A model generated the notes under the pieces. That model saw only the letters and a program-made list of their open reading frames with translations, ran no database searches and was not told the origin of the DNA. Of a stretch of 64,000 bases of DNA, positions 21,533 to 32,081 are shown piece after piece; the first letter of the stretch is position 1, and the number at the start of each line of letters is the position of its first letter. A program made the position numbers and the translations under genes. This stretch comes from an uncultured Gammaproteobacteria bacterium (GTDB taxonomy: Bacteria > Patescibacteriota > Patescibacteriia > CAZGFX01): the NCBI GenBank assembly GCA_964524845.1, contig CAZGFX010000001.1, forward strand, positions 139,823 to 203,822. Reading direction: 5' to 3'.

Positions 21533-24500
21533 TTATCGTGATTTTTTTATAAACTGATTCCAAACATTAGTATTATGCATATTAAGATGTTTAACAATTC
21601 CTCTTAAAACCGGAAGAATTATTTTATTTGCAGATGCATTTACTTCTATATTCTTTGCATTTTTTTCAGAGCGCTTTTGTCCGGTTTTTGTAAAATCTAC
21701 AAAACCCAAAACATTTAAGCCATAATCAATGGAAGCAAAACCACCCTGAACATTTTCCTTTGGATCATATACATTATAAATGTTTTTTACTGACGATGGA
21801 TTTTTTATAGTATATTCATCTCTCACAGGAACAGCGAGTAAAATTAACTTGTCTACGCTTTTCTTTAAGCCTCTATTTATTGTTTCTATAGCAACATTTC
21901 CTCCGTGACTAAAGCCTATAATATTTAATTCTTCGTCCTCAGCAAACTTATAATCATTAATGTAATTAGCAACTCCAATAGCCGCTTCTGAGCGCGCGGT
22001 CGGATTATTGTCTCCAGACCAACTCAATACAGTATACGCATATTTTTCGTTTAAATCTTTTGCGCTTTGTTGAATAAAAATATCATCAAAAGATTCTTTT
22101 CCACAATCAGTACAATCTTTTTTAAGTGGTTGAGTGCCGTTTAAAGCAATTGTTAACTCTCCAGTCGGATCCACAAACTTAACAGGATTATTCCTCGCAT
22201 ACGCGTAAGCATTCCATTGCTGAGGATCTGTGAAGTAGTTTTCACTTGATGTTAAACGAGCAACAGGATCCACACTTATAAACCTCCCAATCTCAGGGTG
22301 ATAATAGCGTGCGTGGTAGTAGTATAAGCCTGTTCCTTCATCTTTTTCTTGTCCTGTGAATTGGTACTTGGTGTTGAAGTCCGGTGTTCCTAGAGATTCA
22401 TCAATTCTAGTCTCTCCAAAGGGATAATAGTCCCTTTGCACTTGTATTGTACCACGTATATCCGTGATAATTGAAGATCCTCCAAGATGATCTGAGTGTA
22501 TGTATCCCAGTGTCTCTGATGAGGGTTCTTGGACGTTGTTTCTTGCTATATGAGCTATGGACGTATCATTCATAGATAGATATATGTTCTCATTTCCTGA
22601 TAACAAGTCCTTATCAATCATTGGATTGATTTGGATAGTGTTTTCGGTGTATGTTTCAGGTTCATCTGTTTTTATTGCACGAGATGCTATACGCTCTCCA
22701 GATGGATCGTATGTGTAGGAATATACAGTTTTCTCTGTGTTGATTGCGGACATACGAAGAGTAGGGTCGTATACGAACTGTTTGTTTATACATCCAAATC
22801 CTTCTTCTTCACATGTTTCTGATATCATGTTTCCTGCGTTATCGTATGCGAAGTTTTTATAAAGAACGTCGTCTTTATACATACGCGCAACGGCTTGTGG
22901 TTGTCGCATGCCATACTCAAAACGCGTATTTCCTTTCGTTAATATGTTTCCTGTTTTTGAGTATGAGAAACGAGTAGACTGGTCTGTTTCTCCTGCAACA
23001 ACGTGTTCTGATTCTAGACGATCAAGGTCATCATATATGTATTCAGCTTTTTTCGCTGTTAGATTATCAACTTTGTTTATTATGTTTGTGATATTTGCGT
23101 TTTGATCATATGAATATGATATATCTTGCAATACTTCTCCTCTAGTGTTTGTTGTTATCTTGCGTGTAAGGCGATAATCTGTGTTTGCGGAGCGAGTGAA
23201 CGATTCTGTGTCTCCGTTGCCATATACGATATTGGAAACTTGTCCTGTTGGTTCATAAGAGACTTGGGAAATGATTATGTTTTCATCTTTTATCAGTGAT
23301 GTGAGTTTTCCATAATCATCGTATTCATACGAAACGACTGTTCCTAAAGTATCAGGAAGAGTTATTGTTAATAATCTGTCTAAATGATCGTATATAGCCG
23401 TACTTTGATATGATTCATTATCAATCGTCTTTATTTCGTTAATGATATTACCGTGAGTATCATACTGATATCTGATATCAATATCAGGAGTTATTATTCT
23501 TATTGGTTTTCCAATTTCAAGTCCATCGGTTCCATAAAAATATGTTGTATAATCAATTCCATTTCTGCTTTCTTTTGTTGGTCTGTTTAAAATATCATAC
23601 TCATATGAAATTACGTTTCCATTGGGATCGGTAGATGAGATTATGTTATTGTTTACATCATAAGCATAATGCCACGCCCGAACTAGTCCCGGTCCGCCCT
23701 CCATAAATCCTCCAGAAAGCTCCGTTGCGTATGTTCTTCTTCCATATCCATCATACCCGAATGAACGAGTATTTCCTTCGGCGTCTTGAAATCCGACAAG
23801 AAGTCCTTTTGCATCGTGTCTATATATTGTGTTTTGTTCTACTTCTTTATTGTATTCGGTAAGTGTCATAATGTTTCCATAAGCATCTGTAATCGTCTTT
23901 GAATTGATTCCACGAGGGTTTGTAACGATTGTTTCAAATCCATTATACGCATACGATGTTGTTCCTGTCTGTGTTGCAACTGTCAAAGGTCTTGTGAGCG
24001 CATCGTATGTTGTGGTTGTTCCCGGGCGAATTGTAGACCAGTTTGCAGTATCAAACGAATCAGACGAGTTAAAATAAGGATGAGATGAGTATATGGTATT
24101 CCCTTTTTCATCATAATGAGTATCTGTAACAACATAACTCGATGGTGAAAACTGTTGTTTTGATTCAAGTGTTCTGCCAAACCCATCTCTATGTGTAATA
24201 GCACGAACATAAGAAGAAGGATTGTTTACATGTATATGTGTTCGAACTTCCGTATTTTGAGGAATTACAGTATCCCTATACACATAAGTATTTTTAAGAA
24301 CAGGAGTTTCCGTTGAACTTATATCTGAAACAGAGTACGAGAGAGCGCGTCCGAGTCCATCGTACGAATACCAAGCGGTAAGGCCTGTTGGAGCAGTTAC
24401 AGACAAAGGATGACCAAATGAATACTCCCATGTATATGTGGTAACTAGATCTGGACTTGCTGATCCCCCGTTTTCATTTGATTCGGTAACGAAATAATGA

Positions 24501-27500
24501 TGAATCGGATCGTATTCAACAACTGTAATCGCTCCGTTTGGACGAGTTATTTGTATTACATTTCCATATGAATCATATTCATATTGTGTGGAACGATCAG
24601 ATGGAGTAATAAAATCGTATTCTTTTTCAATTGTCTTGTCTCCGATGTTTATATTTCCAAGCGTCTCAAATCCATCGTAGAAATATTCGGATCGCGCAAC
24701 ACGATTTACATACCAATCATAAAGTTCCTGCCATGATGGATATGCGATAATATGTGCTGATTCGTTGAGTGCATATCCTGTTTTTGTTGTGCGAGTGTCT
24801 CCTGAAATATCAGAGAACGTACCGGCAGATGAATTATAATTCACTTTTCCGTATTCTGTTTTTTCAGTAACACGAGCAAACGAATCATACGTATATCCTA
24901 CCGCAACTGATGAGGAGTCCTTTGTTGAGATATCATACTCAGATCCTATGGCAACGTCTCCGTTATTTAGAGATATTAAATTATGACGTGTATAGGATGT
25001 TGAAAGCATAGAACCTGTACTTGAATACATCTCTGTCTTATAAGAAGTTTTCAAAAGCCTGTAATCATCAATACCCTCGTCTCCTGTTGCTCCATTTCCT
25101 TGATGAAAATACGAAACGGAATAAGTACCATCTCCATATACTTCTTTTGTTAATCCAAACCCTGCAAACTCCGATCTCATAGCCATATCGTATGAATTAG
25201 GACCATCTTCAAAATACCATACTCCGTTTTTATACTGATATGTCGTTGTCATTGGAGATCCGAACCCGGTATCAACCGTCATCTGTTCGACAGTCTGAAT
25301 AACTCTCGGTAGATTAGGATTTGAAAGACTCCCGTTCGCTTCTTTGTAATGAGATGATGGTTTATATGAAAGAGCAATACTTCCTCCCTTGCCGTTTGAT
25401 ACGTTCGTCATGATATCTGGGAGTTTGTATTTATGGAGTAATGAATACATCTTTCTATTATAATTTCCCGTGTTTGGGCTTAAATAATCAGAATCATAAG
25501 TATCATGAACCCCCATAAGCACATCAACAAGACCATCTGCGTTTATGTCAATATGCTCTGATCCACCAAATTGATAATATGCACCATTTACCATGAGTTT
25601 ATTTAAAAACATATATATCCACTGTCCGCTTCCACCATACAAAAAGTTCCAACCATTAACAGTGTTATTTATATATAAAGCATTGTATCCGACCAAATCA
25701 GGATATCCATCTCCATTCCAATCAATAATTTCAACCGCTTGTGTTCCGGCTGTCGAACCAGAATCATAAAAAGTTGGGACAGGTGCTTGCCATAAAGATG
25801 TTTCAACAAATTTTGACCCATTATTTAAGAGAGTTTTTCTAATAGCCGTATTATTTAGAGTATAAGAAATAACTACATCCTCTAGACCATCGGCATTCAC
25901 ATCCATATACCGTGTTCCACCCTCTCTAAAATAATCATTTTGATTAAAAACAGGATTAAAATATTCTTGTTTCCATGACATTTCTGTACCCCTATAACCA
26001 AATGTCATTCCCCATGACATATTTTCTCTATTAAGAGCAAAGCCCTCTTGGTTATTTGAAAAACCCTGATAATATTGATTATGAATAAAATCAAGAAGAT
26101 TATCACCGTTTAAATCAACGCTGTTTACACCAGAACTACTATAATTACCTTCAAAAAACGAGAATAAATAATTTGTTGCTCCATTCTGTCCCGATGGCGT
26201 ACAAGTATTCCAATCAATTTTTTGAGAATTCGAACCAACGGACATTTCCGGAACAGTATCATTATCAACATCAATATATTCATAACCACCATATTCGTGA
26301 TTATCTGAATTTAAATAAAGATATTTATTTGTACTAAAATAAGGAATTTGGGAAATATTACATTGATTTGTAATATTTGTGAAACCGTCCGTTGTTTGTG
26401 TCGTGAGTTCAGGAATTCTAGTCCATACTGTATTGTTTTTGTATACGCTTTTTCTGTTTGATATAGGATTATTGTTTTGATGAGGATAAATTGAATTGTT
26501 ATATGAGTTGTGGGAATACAAAATATCAGGATATGCATCCCCATTTATATCAATAAAACGAGCCGGACGAGAATTATTTCCATAAGTGACGGTTTCAGGC
26601 ATCACCTCAAGAGAATAATTATATGCCGTTGGAGACGCGTCTCCTTGTTGGTATGTTAGATTTGTTTCAGGAAGCGCCGAAAAACCACCGGTTCCATTAG
26701 ACATGTATGGATGAACGGATGACAAAAGATATCTGTTTGTTTCGTTTGATTTGGTGTATGTGATATCCCAGTAATATTTCACTATATTATCATATACGTA
26801 TGATATTTTATTTACCTGGTACTTAAAATATCTTTTAAACCCAGCGTTGTAACTAACTCTCTTATCGGGTCGCTCGTTCGCAACACTTGTCCCTTCATAA
26901 AAAGGACTGAATCTTATTTCATAAGAATTAGATCCGCCAAAAACGATTTGTTTCGGATAAGCGACACCTTCTTCTATATGATAATTATATGTAATTGTGT
27001 TTCCGTGTGTATCAATTACTTGATCAAGAAGCCATTCGTATGCTCCATCATAAATTACTGATGGGTTAATTGGATTTAATGGTATGTTTGGTTTTATCTG
27101 TTTATTATTCGTTCCGAAAACATATCTTGTGCCATTTCCATCAATCACTTCAAATGTTCCCGAGTTTGTTGAACCAGCTTGATAATTAAATAATATTTTA
27201 TAATTAGCATTATTATTTCCTGTGATTGAGAAATCATTTTTATATGCCAAAGTACCAGAATCTATTGAACAACCATTTGTTTGATCATATTTTTCTTTAA
27301 ATTCAAAAGAACCTGATGGAAGTTGTGCTGTAAAATAAGAACAGTTTGAGCTCTGAGTACCAGATACGTTATATAATTGATCTGTCCCACGATTGTTTTT
27401 AAGAGTAATTTTTGGCATTGATACATCCCACCCGTGTGCAATTGTTGTAAAGTCATTCGAATTTGATGAGTCATAGAAAAGCGCAACAGAAGGTGTTATT

Positions 27501-27958
27501 GATGAAACATTTTCCGGTATAGGAAATCCTAATGTGTAATTAAAAGAACCCGTTGCTTTATCAACCCCATAAGTCTCTTTTATCTCCATCGGCGAATACG
27601 AGTTCTTCTTTACACCCGTATTTACAGGAGTATAAAGCTCTCCAATATCTATGCCATTTGGGTTTGTTTCTGTTGGAAGACTCTCCGTTTCGTTTTGTGT
27701 TTGTTCTGTATTTTGGTTTTGATCATCCTGACCATTTTCTTCTCCTTGTGTATTATTCGTCTCATTATTCGATAAATCAACGTTTGTTTGGTTTGTTTCA
27801 GCCAATTGATCGGTGGAATTTCCTGACGATTGTGCTGTTTCATTAACTACTGGATCACTTACAATTGGTGTTTCATCCGTAGCAAATGATGCATACGGAA
27901 AAATAAATGTCGGTATAATAATAATATACACGATCATTCGAATAATTTGTTTTGGCAT
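21533..27958 (-). CDS. RHS/YD-repeat polymorphic toxin (2141 aa). It has a signal peptide, an N/Q/T-rich low-complexity linker, FG-GAP/VCBS-like beta-propeller repeats, many YD repeats, an RHS core ending in PVKFVDPTGE (the PxxxxDPxG autoproteolysis motif), and a C-terminal alpha/beta-hydrolase (GFSHGG) predicted lipase/esterase toxin domain of about 230 aa.
   Basis: YD repeats (YTYDALTRPLT, YEYDILNRP, YQYDTHGN, YSYDQNANI, YIYDDLDRL...). FG-GAP-like DINGDAYPDIL, DLNGDNLLDF, DVNADGLEDV, DWNGDGYPDL, DINADGLVDV. Core end ...YYHARYYHPEIGRFISVDP...NPVKFVDPTGE. C-terminal GxSxG nucleophile elbow NIIGFSHGGNVA with downstream candidate Asp/His residues. Confidence 0.9.
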   Translation of the reverse strand: MPKQIIRMIVYIIIIPTFIFPYASFATDETPIVSDPVVNETAQSSGNSTDQLAETNQTNVDLSNNETNNTQGEENGQDDQNQNTEQTQNETESLPTETNPNGIDIGELYTPVNTGVKKNSYSPMEIKETYGVDKATGSFNYTLGFPIPENVSSITPSVALFYDSSNSNDFTTIAHGWDVSMPKITLKNNRGTDQLYNVSGTQSSNCSYFTAQLPSGSFEFKEKYDQTNGCSIDSGTLAYKNDFSITGNNNANYKILFNYQAGSTNSGTFEVIDGNGTRYVFGTNNKQIKPNIPLNPINPSVIYDGAYEWLLDQVIDTHGNTITYNYHIEEGVAYPKQIVFGGSNSYEIRFSPFYEGTSVANERPDKRVSYNAGFKRYFKYQVNKISYVYDNIVKYYWDITYTKSNETNRYLLSSVHPYMSNGTGGFSALPETNLTYQQGDASPTAYNYSLEVMPETVTYGNNSRPARFIDINGDAYPDILYSHNSYNNSIYPHQNNNPISNRKSVYKNNTVWTRIPELTTQTTDGFTNITNQCNISQIPYFSTNKYLYLNSDNHEYGGYEYIDVDNDTVPEMSVGSNSQKIDWNTCTPSGQNGATNYLFSFFEGNYSSSGVNSVDLNGDNLLDFIHNQYYQGFSNNQEGFALNRENMSWGMTFGYRGTEMSWKQEYFNPVFNQNDYFREGGTRYMDVNADGLEDVVISYTLNNTAIRKTLLNNGSKFVETSLWQAPVPTFYDSGSTAGTQAVEIIDWNGDGYPDLVGYNALYINNTVNGWNFLYGGSGQWIYMFLNKLMVNGAYYQFGGSEHIDINADGLVDVLMGVHDTYDSDYLSPNTGNYNRKMYSLLHKYKLPDIMTNVSNGKGGSIALSYKPSSHYKEANGSLSNPNLPRVIQTVEQMTVDTGFGSPMTTTYQYKNGVWYFEDGPNSYDMAMRSEFAGFGLTKEVYGDGTYSVSYFHQGNGATGDEGIDDYRLLKTSYKTEMYSSTGSMLSTSYTRHNLISLNNGDVAIGSEYDISTKDSSSVAVGYTYDSFARVTEKTEYGKVNYNSSAGTFSDISGDTRTTKTGYALNESAHIIAYPSWQELYDWYVNRVARSEYFYDGFETLGNINIGDKTIEKEYDFITPSDRSTQYEYDSYGNVIQITRPNGAITVVEYDPIHHYFVTESNENGGSASPDLVTTYTWEYSFGHPLSVTAPTGLTAWYSYDGLGRALSYSVSDISSTETPVLKNTYVYRDTVIPQNTEVRTHIHVNNPSSYVRAITHRDGFGRTLESKQQFSPSSYVVTDTHYDEKGNTIYSSHPYFNSSDSFDTANWSTIRPGTTTTYDALTRPLTVATQTGTTSYAYNGFETIVTNPRGINSKTITDAYGNIMTLTEYNKEVEQNTIYRHDAKGLLVGFQDAEGNTRSFGYDGYGRRTYATELSGGFMEGGPGLVRAWHYAYDVNNNIISSTDPNGNVISYEYDILNRPTKESRNGIDYTTYFYGTDGLEIGKPIRIITPDIDIRYQYDTHGNIINEIKTIDNESYQSTAIYDHLDRLLTITLPDTLGTVVSYEYDDYGKLTSLIKDENIIISQVSYEPTGQVSNIVYGNGDTESFTRSANTDYRLTRKITTNTRGEVLQDISYSYDQNANITNIINKVDNLTAKKAEYIYDDLDRLESEHVVAGETDQSTRFSYSKTGNILTKGNTRFEYGMRQPQAVARMYKDDVLYKNFAYDNAGNMISETCEEEGFGCINKQFVYDPTLRMSAINTEKTVYSYTYDPSGERIASRAIKTDEPETYTENTIQINPMIDKDLLSGNENIYLSMNDTSIAHIARNNVQEPSSETLGYIHSDHLGGSSIITDIRGTIQVQRDYYPFGETRIDESLGTPDFNTKYQFTGQEKDEGTGLYYYHARYYHPEIGRFISVDPVARLTSSENYFTDPQQWNAYAYARNNPVKFVDPTGELTIALNGTQPLKKDCTDCGKESFDDIFIQQSAKDLNEKYAYTVLSWSGDNNPTARSEAAIGVANYINDYKFAEDEELNIIGFSHGGNVAIETINRGLKKSVDKLILLAVPVRDEYTIKNPSSVKNIYNVYDPKENVQGGFASIDYGLNVLGFVDFTKTGQKRSEKNAKNIEVNASANKIILPVLRGIVKHLNMHNTNVWNQFIKKSR
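22448..22925. repeat. Direct repeat copy A (inside the RHS gene) of the segment duplicated at 20665-21140
   Basis: See copy B. Confidence 0.75.
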
Positions 27959-28137
27959 AATGGGTTTTAATAAAAATTAAACATGTCTATTATCATATAT
28001 TCATCAAAACTCTCAAGCGCCGTCGGTGGATAAGTTAAATAAATAAGCCAAAAATTGGCAATAGTTTTCCACAGTGGGAAAAGCATCTTATTTTTTATTT
28101 CAATTCGTATCAAAATATATGATTAAAAAGAATTTAT

Positions 28138-29226
28138 ATGTTTAATCATCTTGATATCAAACACAGAAATATTCTCGTTGCACTTAACTCAATAAACGGT
28201 CTTGGACCACGAACACTTCGAGTATTGTGCGAAGAAACAGAAATGTCGGTCATATACATATATGAGTCCGCCACAAGGACCGAACTCCAAAACATTGGTA
28301 TCAATAATAGAACAGTTGAAAACATATTCGAAGCAAGAAAGATTGGATACGAAAAAATAATTTCATCGATTGAAAAAAACAATATCAAAATGACCACGCT
28401 TTATGATTCAAACTATCCACCGCTTCTAAAAGAGATTCCGTATCCTCCTGTTATGCTTTTTTACAAAGGATCACTTCCCTCTTGGGAAGAATATACTATT
28501 TCGAGTATCGTCGGAACCAGACAGTCAACTACTTATGGTGAACGAGTGACTGACATGCTCTGCGATGAGCTCGTTGCGCACGGAGATATCATAGTGAGCG
28601 GACTAGCTTATGGAATAGACGCGTGCGCTCATCGAGCAACAATAAAATACGGAGGAAAAACAATAGCAGTTCTTCCAACAAGCCTCTCCGAAATAGTACC
28701 TCGTTCACACGAACGACTTGCACAAGACATAATAGAACATGGCGGATCGATCATAAGCGAAATATCCGCGAGTGGTAGTGTGTGCAAAGGATCATTTCCA
28801 CAGAGAAACAGAATTATCGCAGGTATTGCACATAGGACATTCATAATCGAAGCGGGAGAAAAATCAGGAGCGCTTATTACGGCTCATGATGCTCTCAATA
28901 TACATCGAGACATATATGTGGTTCCTGGGAATATTACAAATCCGACATCAGCAGGATGTAATTCACTAATTGCGGATGGGTCATACATATATAGAGGGCC
29001 TGGAAGTATATATCCTATACAATCAAAAAATCCTGTTTCTTTGCAATTTAATTCAACAGACGAGAAAGAAATATATGAATATATAAAGACAAATGAACCA
29101 ATTACAACGGATTCACTTTTAAGATGTTTTTCCTCGTATCGCATATCAGATCTAAATATAATTTTATCAACGCTTGAATTGAGACAACTGCTTCGTTATA
29201 CAAACGGACAATGGATGGTTGTATAA
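28138..29226 (+). CDS. dprA: DNA processing protein DprA (Smf), a competence/recombination mediator
   Basis: Rossmann-like core IVSGLAYGIDACAHRATIKYGGKTIAVLPTSL...YVVPGNITNPTSAGCNSLIADG with a C-terminal winged-helix-like tail. Confidence 0.85.
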   Translation: MFNHLDIKHRNILVALNSINGLGPRTLRVLCEETEMSVIYIYESATRTELQNIGINNRTVENIFEARKIGYEKIISSIEKNNIKMTTLYDSNYPPLLKEIPYPPVMLFYKGSLPSWEEYTISSIVGTRQSTTYGERVTDMLCDELVAHGDIIVSGLAYGIDACAHRATIKYGGKTIAVLPTSLSEIVPRSHERLAQDIIEHGGSIISEISASGSVCKGSFPQRNRIIAGIAHRTFIIEAGEKSGALITAHDALNIHRDIYVVPGNITNPTSAGCNSLIADGSYIYRGPGSIYPIQSKNPVSLQFNSTDEKEIYEYIKTNEPITTDSLLRCFSSYRISDLNIILSTLELRQLLRYTNGQWMVV

Positions 29227-29298
29227 CCAAAAACAGATATTGAGAAAAAACATATGTTTGATATATAATATATATGTAAGTACTAATACAATAATTAT

Positions 29299-29541
29299 AT
29301 GACACCACATCGAAATCAAATAACAGACGATGAGGAAATAGGTTCATATCCTTATGATAAAGACGAAATCGACGCTCGTACACTAGAACAAGAAGAATTA
29401 GACGAAGTTGGCATGAATATTGTTGGAGAAGATCCCGAAGACTTAATTGAAAATGATGATGACGTATCCAATGCGCCAAAAAAAGGTGGAAAAACAAGAC
29501 AATCAGATCCAGGATCATTTCCTGAAGACGAAGATTTTTGA
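29299..29541 (+). CDS. Small (80 aa), extremely acidic hypothetical protein; D/E-rich and possibly a DNA mimic or unstructured protein
   Basis: ORF MTPHRNQITDDEEIGSYPYDKDEIDARTLEQEELDEVG...SFPEDEDF. No clear SD. A terminator follows at about 29660-29688. Confidence 0.4.
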   Translation: MTPHRNQITDDEEIGSYPYDKDEIDARTLEQEELDEVGMNIVGEDPEDLIENDDDVSNAPKKGGKTRQSDPGSFPEDEDF

Positions 29542-29659
29542 TTTGACTTAAATTCGAATATAAGACGTTTTTTTAAACAAGTTGATTTAATTTTGTTTTT
29601 ATTCACCCGTACGTATAAAAAAGTCTGGATAATGAAAAAACCATTTGTTTCAAATACAA

Positions 29660-29688
29660 AAAACACCTTTTATAAGGTGTTTTTCTTT
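29660..29688 (+). terminator. Rho-independent terminator (acaccttttataaggtgt followed by a T-run)
   Basis: Perfect 7-bp stem with a T-run, located upstream of topA. Confidence 0.7.
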
Positions 29689-29783
29689 ATAAAAATACAA
29701 AATATATCGAAAATATGTTTGACAAGATTATCAAAACAATTCATCATTATTAACAGTGTTTTTACGTTTTAAAAAATAAACAG

Positions 29784-32012
29784 ATGCCAAACCTAGTTAT
29801 TGTCGAGTCTCCTACGAAAGCCAAGACCATCCAGAAATTTCTTGGTGCTGATTTTATTGTAACATCATCATATGGACACATACGCGATCTTCCGACAAAT
29901 AAACTCGGTGTTGACGTAACTGCCCAATTTGAACCGACATATGTCGTTCCGGAAAAAGCCGAAAAAGTGATACGTGAACTGAAAAAACTTGCGAAAACAA
30001 CCGACGCAATATATTTTGCAACAGATCCTGATCGCGAAGGAGAAGCGATCGCTTGGCACCTCGCTTTCCTTCTTGGAATAAAAGAAGATAAGGCGCTTCG
30101 CATTACTTTTCATGAAATAACAAAAGAAGCTATTACAGATTCATTAAAAAACATCGAGCGCATTAATATGAATCTTGTTAATGCACAACAAGCGCGTCGC
30201 GTACTGGATAGGCTTGTTGGATATGAGCTTTCTCCATTATTGTGGAAAAAAATATATTATGGGCTTTCCGCCGGACGCGTTCAATCCGTGGCCGTTCGTC
30301 TTATAGTAGAAAGAGAGGAGGAAATAAAAAAGTTCATACCCGAAGAATACTGGTCAATTGATGGTATTTTTAATACTGAAAAAAACGAAACTCTGGAAGC
30401 GCGGCTGATCACAGCATACGGAGAAAAACTCGATAAAATGAGCATAAAAGATCAGGCTTCGGCGGATAAACTTCTCGATAATGTCACAAAAGCAACATAT
30501 CGCATTGGAGAAATTATAAACAAAGAATCAAGACAAAATCCATATGCGCCATTTACAACATCCACACTTCAACAAGACGCAAACAAAAAACTAGGTTTCT
30601 CAGCGAAACAAACAATGATGATTGCTCAGCACTTGTATGAAGGTATTTCCATAAATAAAAAAGAAGCAAAAGGCCTCATTACTTACATGCGTACAGATTC
30701 TGTGCAACTTTCGAGCTCATTTATTACACATGCTTGCGAATTCATAAAAAAGCAATATGGGAAAGAGTATGCGACGCAAGGCGTTCATTATGCGAACAAA
30801 TCAAAAAACGCTCAGGAAGCTCACGAAGCCATTCGTCCTACAGATGTTTCGCTCACGCCTGAAATGATCAAGAAAAATCTTAAGCCGGACGAATATGAAT
30901 TATATAATCTAATCTGGAGACGAGCTATCGCATCGCAAATGGTTCCAGCAATCAAAGATACTACGAGCATTGATGTTTCCTCTTCTGAAGATCAGTTTGT
31001 TTTTCGAGCGACAGGCACGGTTATTAAGTTCCTCGGATTTTTGACAGTGTATCAAGATATAATAAATGAAAAGATACTTCCTGCGCTTTCCAAAAACGAT
31101 CCAGTTACAATACGAGAAATTCAACCACACCAGCATTTTACAGAGCCACCGGCAAGATATACTGAAGCGAGCCTTGTCAAACAACTTGAGGAGCTCGGGA
31201 TCGGTCGTCCGTCAACATATGCTCCGACAATCAGTACAATAATTGCAAGAAAATACGTCGAAAAGGAAGGAAAAGCACTCAAACCAACAGAGACAGGAAC
31301 ACTTGTTAATTCTTTTCTTGCAAAACACTTTCACGATATTGTTGATTATAATTTCACAGCACACTTTGAACAAGAGCTAGACGATGTTTCAACCGGATCA
31401 ATAGAATGGCATAAGGTTATCAATGAATTCTATGGACCATTCAAGGAAAAGATTCTAGTTAAGGACAAAGAAATTTCGAAAAAGGATTTTTCTGAACAAG
31501 AAACGGACTTTGTTTGCGAAAAATGCGGGAAAAAAATGATTATGAAGTTTGGTCGATTCGGAAAGTTCCTAGCCTGCTCAGGATATCCTGAGTGTACATT
31601 TACACAAGAGCTCACAAAAGAAGGTATTCCAGAACCAGAAGAGACAGTTGAAGAACCGTGTCCGACTTGTGGAGCTCCAATGGCAGTTAAACGCGGAAGG
31701 TTCGGTAAGTTTATCGCGTGCACAGAATACCCGAAATGCAAAACAATTTTGAAAAAAGAAATAGGAACCGGCGTACAATGCCATGTATGTAAACAAGGAG
31801 AATTTATAGAGAAAAAATCTCGTTTTGGAAAAATATTTTATTCATGTAACCGATACCCTGATTGCAAAACAGCAATTTGGGCCAAACCAATTAACCAATT
31901 ATGTTCGCTTTGCTCTTCGCCTCTTGTTAAAGATGATAAAGAGCGCATAAGATGTTCCAATAAAGAATGTTCGGAATATCCAATCAAGAAAGAAAAGAAA
32001 GAAGAAAAATAA
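29784..32012 (+). CDS. topA: DNA topoisomerase I with four C-terminal C4 zinc ribbons
   Basis: Toprim LVIVESPTKAKTIQKFLG; active-site region GLITYMRTDS; four CxxC...CxxxxC ribbons at the C-terminus. Confidence 0.95.
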   Translation: MPNLVIVESPTKAKTIQKFLGADFIVTSSYGHIRDLPTNKLGVDVTAQFEPTYVVPEKAEKVIRELKKLAKTTDAIYFATDPDREGEAIAWHLAFLLGIKEDKALRITFHEITKEAITDSLKNIERINMNLVNAQQARRVLDRLVGYELSPLLWKKIYYGLSAGRVQSVAVRLIVEREEEIKKFIPEEYWSIDGIFNTEKNETLEARLITAYGEKLDKMSIKDQASADKLLDNVTKATYRIGEIINKESRQNPYAPFTTSTLQQDANKKLGFSAKQTMMIAQHLYEGISINKKEAKGLITYMRTDSVQLSSSFITHACEFIKKQYGKEYATQGVHYANKSKNAQEAHEAIRPTDVSLTPEMIKKNLKPDEYELYNLIWRRAIASQMVPAIKDTTSIDVSSSEDQFVFRATGTVIKFLGFLTVYQDIINEKILPALSKNDPVTIREIQPHQHFTEPPARYTEASLVKQLEELGIGRPSTYAPTISTIIARKYVEKEGKALKPTETGTLVNSFLAKHFHDIVDYNFTAHFEQELDDVSTGSIEWHKVINEFYGPFKEKILVKDKEISKKDFSEQETDFVCEKCGKKMIMKFGRFGKFLACSGYPECTFTQELTKEGIPEPEETVEEPCPTCGAPMAVKRGRFGKFIACTEYPKCKTILKKEIGTGVQCHVCKQGEFIEKKSRFGKIFYSCNRYPDCKTAIWAKPINQLCSLCSSPLVKDDKERIRCSNKECSEYPIKKEKKEEK

Positions 32013-32081
32013 ATGCGTGAGGCCCAATAGCATGACGAGCATAAAATAAAACTTTTGTTATTCGTCGTGTAAAAAGCATCT

